A stretch of 64,000 nucleotides of DNA from Lama glama (Eukaryota): NCBI GenBank assembly GCA_028534125.1, contig CM052837.1, forward strand, positions 35,712,001 to 35,776,000, given 5' to 3'. Below are positions 1-10,125 of the stretch, piece after piece. The number at the start of each line of letters is the position of its first letter. The stretch's first letter is position 1. Made by a program: the position numbers and the translations under genes. The notes under the pieces are model-generated. The model ran no database searches. It was not told the origin of the DNA and was given only the letters and a program-made list of their open reading frames with translations.

Positions 1-2512
1 CCACTGCACAATTAAACCCAAAATCCGTAATAGAGAGATGTCCCGAAAAACCCCAGAACACTTGGAAGTTAAAAACACACTTCAGAATAGCACATGGGTC
101 AACAGAGAAAACTTAAGAGAAGTTTTAAAACATTTTAACTAAAGCAAAATATAAACAGACTTACCAAAATTTGTGAAACTCGGTGAAAGCAGTGCTTACA
201 GCATTGAATGCATATGATGGAAAGATCTAAAATCAATAATCAAAGTTTCCACTTCAGAAAACTAGAAAAGAAGATAAACATCAAATCCAAAGGAGGCTGA
301 AGGGGAAAAAAATAAGAAATCAATGAAATTAAAAACAGGAAATCACCAGGAAAAAAATCAGTGAAACCAAAAGCTGATACCTTGAAAAGATCAGGAATAC
401 CAACAGGCCTCCAGCCAGACTAACCAAGAGCGAGCGAGGGGACACGAGGTGCTAACAGCACAAAGAAGCAGAGGACATCTCTACGGCACCACGGACGCTA
501 CAAGGCTAACCTAGGACTGTTGTCAACAGCTCTGTGCCCACGGATTGGATAACCCAGATGAAGTGGGCCAGTTCCTTGAGAGGCACAATCTGCCAACACT
601 CATGTGAGAAGAAACAGACTATCTGAACAGGCCTGCATCTATTAAAGACATTAAAGAAATAGTTAATAACCTTTCAGAACAGAAAGCACCTGGCCCAGAT
701 GGGCTCACTGGAGAGTGCTGCCAAACATTGGAGGCGGCAAGTCAAGCCAAATCTCCAGAATCTCTCTCAGAGTTTAGAAGCAAAAGGAACGTTTCCTAAC
801 GCGTTCTATGCGGATAGTGTTACTGTAACGCCCAAACTAGACGAAGACTTTGAAAGAAGAGAAAACTACAAGCCAGTATCTGTCTTGAACATACAGTGAG
901 CATCCTCAGCAGCACGTTAGCTAATGAAGCCCAAAAGCGTGTAAAGTGAGTTCCACACCTTGACCGAATGCAACTCATCCCATGTACGCAAGGCCGGCTC
1001 AGTACTCGAAAGTCAGTTAATGTGAGCCATCATCTCAGCCGACCACCGAGGGAAATCACATGGTCGCATCAAGAGACGCAAAAAAAGCATTCAACAAAAC
1101 CCAACATCCGTTCGTGGTTAAAAACACCCTCTCAGTAAACTAGGAATAGTGAAGAACTTTCTCAACTTTACAAAGAACACCTGCAAAAAGCTGTCATACT
1201 TCGTGGTGGGTGGGACACCTGAAGCTCCCCACTAAGAGCAGGTACCAGACAGCGATGTCCCCTCTCATCGCTCCTTTGCAGCATTGTACCAGAAGTCCTT
1301 GTTAACGCCATTTAATGAATTTTAAAGAACAGGAAATAAGATGTATACAGATTGGGAAAAAAGACATAAAACTGTCTTTTTTCACAGATGACATATCATC
1401 TATGAAGAAAATCTTAAAGAATTGACCAAAAATACCCACACACACAAAAAAAAAAACCCCACAAAAAAACCCCTCTCCTAGAACTAGTAAGCAATTATAA
1501 CAAGGTTGTAGGATACCAGGTTACTATACAAAAGTCAGTTGGTTTCCTACGTACCAACATTAAACAAGTAAAATTTGAAATTAAAAACAAAATACCCTTT
1601 ATATTAACACCCCAAATGAAACATTTATGTATAAATCTAGCAAAATTAATGTAAGATATATATGGAAAACTGTAAAATTGTGATGAATGAAATCAAAGAA
1701 CTAAGTAAGTGGAGAGAGATTCCAAGTTAACAGATAGGAAGACTCAATTGTCACCATGTCGATTCTCCCCAACTTGACCTATAGATTCATCGCAATCCCA
1801 GTCCAAACCCCAGCAAGATCTCTGAAGGATATTGACAAACTGATTTTAAAGTTTACATGGAGATGCAGAAGGCACAGAATTGCCCACTAAACAGTGCTGG
1901 AGAAGAGCGAAGTCGGAGGACTGACGCTGCCCAACTCAAGCCTTTATGAGGCTAAGTAATAAACACACTGGGGTCCATCCAGGCAGTAGAATATTATTCA
2001 GCACTAAAAAGGAATGGGCTCTCAAGTCGTGAAAAGACAGGGAGGAACTTAAGCGCATGTTACTAGAGAAAGAAGCCAGTCTGAGAGTGCTACAGGCTGT
2101 CTGACCCCATTTCTATGACATTCTGGAAAAGGCAAAACTATGGAGACAGTAAAAAAAAAAAACACTAGTGGTTGTCAAGGTGGGGAGTGGGGGAGGAGTG
2201 GTCCCCCAGAGCACAGAGGCTTTCCGGGCAGTGAGGATGGAATGTTACGACGATGCGCGCGTGCCGTTACACGCCTGTCCGTGGCCGTGGAATGCACAGC
2301 TCCAAGCGAGCCCGAATGTGAACTGCGGAGTCTGGGTGACGATGCTGCATCTGGGTTCATCTCTGGTTAAAAGAAAAGCCTCACTCTGGTGGGGGATGGT
2401 GATGGGGGGCAGTGCATGTTTGGGGGCAGAAGGTATATGGGAAATCTCTGTACCTCCCCCTCAATTTTGTTGTAAACCTAAAACTGCTCTTAAAATAAAC
2501 TTGTTTTAAAAA
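1..2512 (+). mobile_element. LINE-1 (L1MC1/2-like) remnant: ORF2 (late EN to RT) joined by an internal deletion to the 3' UTR and A-tail
   Basis: Degenerate ORF2 landmarks: aaagcacctggcccagatgggctcactggagag (KAPGPDG.TGE, ~683-715), gaaaactacaagccagtatct (ENY.P.S, 861-881), ttcacagatgac (F.DD of the RT FADD motif, 1381-1392). The 3' UTR tatatgggaaatctctgtacctccccctcaattttgttgtaaacctaaaactgctctt matches my recall of the L1MC1 3' end. Many stops and frameshifts; the element runs off the window start. Confidence 0.92.
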
Positions 2513-2574
2513 GCAAAGAATTAAGCTTTTAACTCAAAAGTTAGGAAAAATCAGGCCTACGATGCTCTGTGTTC

Positions 2575-2680
2575 TCACTCTTTATCAAACACGTGAAGCG
2601 CTATTTCTTGAATCCTCGCAATGGCAGTTTGAGGTAGGGACCCATCACCGCCACTTTTACCGACGGGGGGCTCAGAGTGG
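2575..2680 (-). mobile_element. MIR SINE fragment
   Basis: gaatcctcgcaatggcagtttgaggtagggacccatcaccgccacttttaccgacggggggctcagag resembles the reverse MIR core (atcctcacaac...gaggtagg...cccattttacagatgaggaaactgaggc). Confidence 0.6.
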
Positions 2681-3609
2681 ACCAGTCAGAGGCCGGGACC
2701 CCTCAGCCTGGGCGCGAGGGAGCAGGGGGCCCAGCAGGCCATGTGCCCCAGGCCGGGCACCCCCTCCACCTTGCTCCATGCTGCCCCCCCAAGCAGGACG
2801 CCCAGCAAAACCCAGAGGATGTGGAGGAAGGAGTGACTGAAAAAGAAAGGAAACAACGAAACAGAAAAGCAAAAGCTGAGGTGACCAACGCAATCACAAT
2901 TTGGGGAGGTGTCCGTGCTCCAGCCCTCCCTCCCCCTTCCCCACTCCGCCCTCCGGAGGCTGCAGCTCGCCCCCCGCCCCCAACCCCACCCCGTCCCTAC
3001 ACCACTCGCTGCTGTGCGGGCGCCAGGGGCTCTCCTCGGTCTGCACCTGCTCGGAGCCCGTGTCCTCCCGGCCTCAGTTGCCAGCGCTGTCCTCAGGGAA
3101 AGAAGCTCCCCCCCCCAGCCCTGGAAGAAAGCGTGAAAAGAAATAACAAAATAGGAACGCAGAAGACAGAATGACTCAATAAAACCGCAATACGGTTGTT
3201 TTTTAAAAACAAAATTAAAAAGATACAAGCCTTGGGAACCAAAAGCAGGGCATACTGAAATAAAATCTCAGTTTAGAATTCAGGATTTGGGCCACGTGAG
3301 GCGGGCAGGGGGCTCTTGGCCACCTATCTTGCCGGGGATTGGGCCCGGGGTGGGGCTGAGGGTCCCCCACGAAGGGCCAGGTCCACAGAGCACGAAGCCA
3401 GACGACGGTGGCTCAGGTGTGGTGGGTACTTGCAGACACTGACCTCACTCACTCAGTGTCAGCTTGACGCAGGGGAGAGTTGCGCTCCGGCAGGCCTGAG
3501 GGCGGGGCCCCCCCGGGGCAAACCTGCTTCCAGCTGGAGAAACTCCCCAGCGAGCCTCCCCCAGCCCACCTGGGATGTCGGGAAGAACTGGATTCCACCT
3601 GCTGGGCTC

Positions 3610-3825
3610 TCTGGGCAAGTCCCTCATCCCCCCAAAGTCCCCTCCTGAAGCCTCAGTCTTCTCATCTGTCAAGTGGTGCAATATCTGTAAAATGGGAACA
3701 GTAATAATACAATCATTATTCTATTATTATAACAGATGTTATTATATAACATGGGAATAAATAATACACTTCAGGTGGGGACGGCTCATGGTACGCGGTG
3801 CACCAGCATTGACTAATGTCGCTAT
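3610..3825 (+). mobile_element. MIR SINE fragment with local duplications
   Basis: ctgggcaagtccctc...gcctcagtcttctcatctgt and atctgtaaaatgggaacagtaataat match the MIR core. Confidence 0.7.
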
Positions 3826-5613
3826 GTGACCTCATGTCCCTGCCACGGCACCCTTCGGTGGGCTGGCGCCATCACATGTGCTGATGAGAAGATGAGGTCC
3901 AGGGATGGGGGGACCCTGCACCGACAGAGTTTGTGGCCAGCCCTCAGCTGGACTTGTTGTCCAAAGCTCTTGCAGGTAAAAACACGGGCAGGAACATGCC
4001 TTTCTGGTGGCCCAGCACTGAGAGTAATAAAGTCACATGATTTGGCGTTCTATCAGCTGGAAACCCTTATTAACTGGTGATCACACCATACAGAGATAAT
4101 TGATGTTCATAAGGAACTTAATTGGAATTAAGTTTAAAATAGCTTTAGTGTTAAGTGCATTTTATTCTAATTCTTTGGAAACTGGTCATCTGTGTACAGT
4201 AGAGGAGGTGACGAGAAAACATGCTTCATGACAGCACTCAGGCCAGACCCTCCCCGACACCCGAGCTCCCTGAGAGAGAGCAGGGGAGGGGGCCCAACAT
4301 CTCCCTCACTGGCCTCCCCGCCGGCGTGGGGCCGAGCACAGAGGGCTCCGTGAATGCCTGCCGAGAGAACAAAGGAGTGTCGCGATGCTGTTGGGAACCC
4401 AGCTCGGGAGACAGAGGCCGCACCCCGGAACGGTGTGCTGGGACCCTGCTACCCAGGCAGCAGCTGGCAGGCAATCTCCGTGGTCACGGCTGAGAGCAGC
4501 ACCCTGGGCTCACGGGGGGGCTGACAGGCTCTGTGTGGAAGCGGCGTTTTCCGTCCATCAAGGCACCAGCAGCACATGCGTGGGCTCACGCTCGGGGCAG
4601 AGACCACAGGCTTAGTTCTCGTAAACAAAGCCAGCTGCTGGGGACGGCCCGTGGATCAGGTCACAGACCCAGAGCAGCGAGCAAGGGAAACGCGAGGCTG
4701 GACCTAAAGTTCAACCCAACTTCGCATCGTCCTGGGATGCGGACGTCCCGGGCTCCCCCAGAGGTGGAGGCACACGCACCTGTCCTGCAGGAGGTCACCG
4801 TCTGGTGACGAGGACAGACGGCGCTCCTCTTCTGCTGAGGCGCTTCATCCACGCCCGGCGGGGACCATCCGTGGCCCTGGACCCGGGGGCAGTGCAGTCC
4901 GGACCTCGGGGGCCCCCGCCTGGTGGGGAGGCCAACATTCACTAGCCGTGGCAGCAGGGGGACGCCCGAAGGGTGACATGAGAACTCGTCATGGGGGCTT
5001 GACCTACGTGTAGCTGCTGGGGACACAGACGCTGCAAAGTGATAGCCAAGCAGGAGGGAGACTGGGCGGTGGGGGGAGAGCGTCTCAGAAGGAGGGGAGC
5101 TGTCGTCTCAGAGGGAGGTGCCCTCTGAAGGATGGCGTGCGTGTCTGGAAAGCGGGGAGCCGGGGCTAGCGGGGGACGAGTCCACACCCCGGGCTTCCTG
5201 GCCTGTTAGAGCGGCAGGTCCCCGTCCTCAGGGCAGGTGGGCGTCTGCACCTCTGACCCTGTGGCCTCTCGGGGCACTGCCGCCCCGTCTCTTTCCTGCA
5301 CACCTTCCTTCAAATTAAAGCCAGCCTGGCCGTCTCCGCCTCCCCCCTCACTCCGCTTCCCCTCTTTACTTGCACTCTGCCTCCTTCCACGAGGACGTGC
5401 GCCCCCAGAGGCCACGGGCTTTGGGGGGAGGGGAGGTGCATTTTCCCCCCGGTTTCATCTTCAGTGCCGCTGGGGGCGGTGGCCTCTGGGGGCTCCGAGT
5501 TTTCGCTCTTGTATCTCAAAGGCGAGGTCAGCAGCAGGAAATCCAGAAGGTCTGACAGTCGCCGGAGCAGAGGGGGGAGGCCGCTCCAAGCAGGAGACTC
5601 AGACACACTGCTC

Positions 5614-5731
5614 GGGGCGGGGGTGGCCGGCAGCTCGGGGGCAGAGAGCGCGCTTAGCACGCACGAGGTCCTGGGTTCAGTCCCCAGCACCTCCATTTTA
5701 AAAAGCAAAACATTAAAAAATTTAAAAAAAA
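5614..5731 (+). mobile_element. tRNA-Ala(AGC)-derived SINE, camelid type
   Basis: cagctcgggggcagagagcgcgcttagcacgcacgaggtcctgggttcagtccccagcacctcca is a degraded tRNA-Ala(AGC) body (B-box-like ggttcagtccc) followed directly by an A-rich tail (5700-5731). Confidence 0.88.
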
Positions 5732-5829
5732 AGAACCACCACGGGGCTGTGTGAGGGCGCAGGGAGGAGTCCTGAATTAATGATGATGCAGGTCGGCGTG
5801 TGGATTCCTCAAGCAGTTCTGGGGAGCTT

Positions 5830-6270
5830 GGGTGCGCGTGTGGGGAATGCGGACTGTTGCGCTGACCCCGGGACGTTCCCCAGGGAAACGGCGGCGCAAG
5901 GAGCCGGGGCGGGGAGGCCGTGCCGAGGAGGAAGAGACCGCGCGGGTGCGGGCAGAGGGGGGAGATGAGAGGCTTTCGTCCTGGGGCAGCGAGGAAGACG
6001 AGGACGAGAGGGCCGGCAGCAGGACAGCGTCAGCATCGCCTGGCGAACAGGAGCAGGTGCGGGACTCGGCGTCCGGGGGTGGCAGCGGGGCAGGTGGCCC
6101 ACCTGCCTCGTCTCCAGCCGCGCCGCCGCAGCCGCGGCCGCTCTGCTTCTGCAGGAGCAGGGCTGCCAGGACTCCGAGCTCCCCGCGGGCGTGCTCGCCC
6201 CGGAGACGCGGGCTCGGGCGTTCAAGACGCCGGTCGGTTCTCCAGTCTCGACCACAGTCTGCGGCATTCC
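5830..6270. other. CpG-island-like segment
   Basis: Very high GC and dense CpG by eye (e.g. ccagccgcgccgccgcagccgcggccgc). No TATA box, exon or recognisable protein is attached. Confidence 0.6.
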
Positions 6271-8105
6271 TGTGGTCGCCCTTATGTCAACGAGAGGGAG
6301 ACAGGCTTCCCCCAGGTGATGAACAGCTGGCTTGGATGCCAGAGAGGGGCAAGCGCGTCACACGGGGAATTCACAGCAGTCTCGGGAGTGACGCTGAAGG
6401 AGCTTGGAGGGGGCTGCACACCCGCTGCAGGGTGCATGGCCCTCGTCCGAGTTCTCCTTGCCAGCTGGGCACTTTGACACCCCGTGCCCCCGACCCCATC
6501 CCTCTGACTCCTAGGATAATCTGATAAAACAGGCACATGTCTTCCAATTCTGTAACATTTTCCCAGGCTCGACCTCCGGGAATGCACGTCAGCCCTCTCT
6601 TCCATTCTAAGAATCAACTCCATGAAGTAAGGGAAGCTGGGAAGAAAGCTGGAATTGAAAAATGCACTGGGCGGGGGAGTCTGTCCAAGCCCTTACAATG
6701 TGTCTGTCCGTGACGTGCACCAGGCCTGAAACTCAGAGTCCCCAGGGTGTGTTTTTATTCTCTCAAACTGTTTGGAAATATCCTCAAAGGCTGTTGAAAC
6801 CAGTAGCAATTGCAACTGCTACACATGTTATTAGCAGTTAACAGAAACACATTTAGCACGTAGGTAATGCACCCAGTTGATAAATTTGCAAATTGAATTC
6901 AGTGAAGTGAATTATGTCCGACTTCAGGGATTCAGTCCTGCAGCAAAGCGTTCATGTCGTGAACTGATTGACCGCAAGTTAGTTCTGGGTGAAAAGCTTA
7001 TCTTCCCACTTAGCCACAGACCCTCGCAACCACACTGCCCTTCTCCAGGGAGCTGGTCCTCTGCTATCTCCAGACGTGTGTGTGTTCCATTCAGAGCCTC
7101 GTTTCATCGTTTTGACTTTACCAGTTGGTGGGCTGCCCCGTGAACGACTCTGCTAAGCATTATTTGGTCAAGGAGTCAGTTCCTCCTCCTTTCCCACTGA
7201 GACGTGAAATGAGTGCTCTGCCCCCCGCCCCAGAACCACAGTGCGGTCCACCGTCAGATGCTGTTGGCATCCTCGACTGTGCAAACGTGGGTCCCTGTTT
7301 GGCCATTGACAGATGTTTTTTCCGCCAGAGTTTGCAGCCCGTCTGCCCTCTGTCCCCACACAGATGTGATTTAGGGCGTCCTAAATCAATCACCGTCCTG
7401 GGCTATCAGCTAACAGATGTCCTCTTTAGAGAGTCGAGTGCAAACAGTTAACCCACAGATCTCTTTGCCTTTCTTTTTTTTAAAGAAGTGCCAGTTGTCT
7501 GCAAAGATGCCAAATGACATGAACGTTGTTTGGGCGTTGGGCTTACGGACAGATCTTCCCTGGACAAAATAAACGTGGGTGGGGGTGCCCAGGCAACGCT
7601 CGCTGCGCAGACCCCGGTGCCAGCCCGGGACGTCATCGGGCGGTAGATGCACTGCAGAGCCTCCGAAATTAATCATGGCTGTTGGCATTTTAATAAACAG
7701 TTGCTTTCGAAAATGCTTTGAAATGAACATGATCATGACCACAAAACCTTGCTCAGAGAAGACGGGGGTTATAAAATCTGCCGGTTTTGAAAGCAAAGTG
7801 AGAACAAACTTGAAAGTGATTCTTCAGGAGACTCCATCAGGGAGGAGCCCGACACGTGACCCGAAGCGCCTGGTCGTGAGGCTGGGCCCAGAGGGACACG
7901 CAGAGCCGTAGAAAACGCGCGGGCACCCGACTCGGGGCTGCACTGACTCAACACGCGACCTCAAGGGAGTGTCTCACCTCTTCTTCCACAGCGCAGGGAC
8001 ATGGCAGCACCACCCGGCGCTTCTGCGGATGTCTGTGAGACGATGGATGTGAGCATCCTTTGAGCGGATAAAGAGGCCCCCAGCATAAGCGAGCATGGGT
8101 CCTGC

Positions 8106-8783
8106 TGAAATGGAGCAGGGCCCTGTGGGGCCTCCCCAGGACGCACCCTCCTCCGTCCTCTACCTGCCTCTTTTCGGTAGAAAATCTTTAGTCAAAGAGT
8201 CGGTTTAGTCGGAGAAGTCAGGAGATACAGGAAAAAGTCAAGCCAATCAGAGGAATAATAGTTTAGCCATTAAACCGAGTCACAGACCTTTAGTTTCTCC
8301 TTAAGAGCTGTAGACAGTCTTCTGAGCTGTGTCCTTTGAGCTGGTTTGCAGAGACGGAGACCCTACCGGAGGCGGGGGGCGTGAACCCCGTGATGACCAG
8401 ACGGGAGCCAAGACAGAAGCTGCCACGACCCCGAGAACTGGCCTCCAGGAAACAGGAACAAACGAGCCTGGAGCTGAAGGCTAACTGCACTTACAACAGT
8501 CAGCGTGACACCATGCCTGATTCCAAGGCACCTGTCAGAGCTGCCTTGCTGCGCCGCACGGAGCCCCTCCTCCGCCTGCGCACCCCGAAAGTCCCCCTCA
8601 GAAGCCCGTACCCACTGGCTGCCAGCGATGGGGGGTGCTGGCCTGGGGGCAGGAGTCCGTCCCCCGCCCCGTCTTGGGATGCCGGCCTCGGGAATGAAGC
8701 ACCTAACTTTCTCCTGACACGTGCCTCTCTAAGAGTTGGCTTTCGTTCGAGCTGCGAGAGGCTGGACCTGCATTTCGGTAACA
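8106..8783 (+). mobile_element. Solo LTR, ERV1-class (cetartiodactyl type)
   Basis: Starts TGaaatggagcagggccctgtgg and ends ggacctgcatttcggtaaCA. Flanks ctgc (8102-8105) and ctgt (8784-8787) form a 4-bp TSD with one mismatch, the length typical of ERV1. Internal aaaatctttagtcaaaga...aataatagtttagccattaa...gacctttagtttctcc matches recalled artiodactyl ERV1 LTRs. Confidence 0.82.
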
Positions 8784-9999
8784 CTGTCCCCACTCACGTC
8801 CTCCAAACGGGACTTGAAGGCAGCTCCACGGGCAGAATAAGGAGAATTCCAGGAAAAGTCAAACCTGCGCTTCTCTGCCTGGTTACCTGGGATAAGACTC
8901 TGCTTCGCAGACAAACTCCCGTGGTGATAAATGGAAGGTCGGAAATGATTCAGAACAACAAAATGATCCAATGTTTTGCCATCCGTGAGCCTCCTCTGGC
9001 TGGGATGCTGCGAAGGGATGGACCAGGGACCCCTCCGCCTAGCAGGACTCCACGGCCACCTTCCGTCCCCGAGGCCGCTGCGCTCCAGTAACTGCCCCCT
9101 CCCCCTCTGCAGGTCCCGTACTGTTCCTTGAGGACACAGCTCCCCACAGACAGGAGAAGGGAAAACACTCACCCAGAGGGAAACACAATCCCTGGGTGAC
9201 TCACCCCCAGGTCCGAACAAGAAGATGCCGCCTGGAAGCACGGGGTCCGGGAGCCCGGCCCGCTCCGGGGGAGGGAGTCAGCCGGGGCCACTCAGCCTGG
9301 GCCCTCCGCAGCCACACAGGCTGGAGGTCAGGCCTCCACCCTGCGCAGCTGGAGTTCAGCAGCAGTAGGCCTGGGAGGAGGCCCCCCGCAGACCCTTCGC
9401 GTGGCTTAGTGACGCGCGAGAGATGCTCTGAACTGGCCGCTGCGCCCGGCTGGCCGAGGGTGCCTCGGTCTGCTCCGTGGGAGCCTCCCCGCCTGGCTCT
9501 GCGGCCCAGCGCACACCATCAGCCCTGGGTCGGGGCAGGTTTGGCCGCCGTGGCGTTGGTTCATCACAGACCGTGGACTGGTAGGAACTTCCCAGGCCTT
9601 GCTTGAGGCCCCCGGGCCTCTGTGTGACATCTTTGGGGCGCCCTGGAACCAGGCCGGGGGACGTCAGACGGGAGTGGGGGCAGCTGCACCACCCGTGAGA
9701 GCACGACCCGGCTATAAGGAGCGAACGGCTGACTAACCCAGGGGAGGCGCCAGCTAACTGCACCGATGCTTTAGCGCCCGTTTGCCACCCGCCCGTCGAC
9801 CTTCTGTCCCACAGAGAAACGAACAAGGTTGCCTAAAGAGAAAAGAAACCAGAACCATTAATTAGCTTACGTGTAAGTTTCAGACCCTGATGTTCATCAG
9901 GTTGAATTCGGAAGCTGAGAGGCCAAGGAGAAACCAGTCTCCACTATTTTTCGGAGGCCGAATGTCGGTGTTTACAGAAGCCTGAGCAGAACCCGGGGT

Positions 10000-10125
10000 C
10001 TGAGATCTGGGAGCGGGCGGGCTGAGGACAGGTCGGCCGTGTGCTGATCACTGTTGAGTCTGGGGGATGGGGTGGGGGTCGTGGTACCATTCTCTCTCCT
10101 TTCATGTTAGAAATGTTTAGTGAGT
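10000..10125 (+). mobile_element. L1MC4/5-like 3' end fragment
   Basis: tgctgatcactgttgagtctgggggatgggg...gtcgtggtaccattctctctcctttcatgttagaaatgttt resembles the L1MC4 terminus. Confidence 0.6.

Noticed and set aside
699-899. 66-aa ORF with ENYKPVS
   Set aside because: A decayed L1 ORF2 fragment, not a gene.
2970-2997. G-quadruplex-capable C/G runs (also near 45000)
   Set aside because: Common at this GC content, with no context suggesting function.
5623-5695. Possible tRNA-Ala(AGC) gene
   Set aside because: Broken acceptor and D stems and A-box, followed by an A-tail: a SINE.
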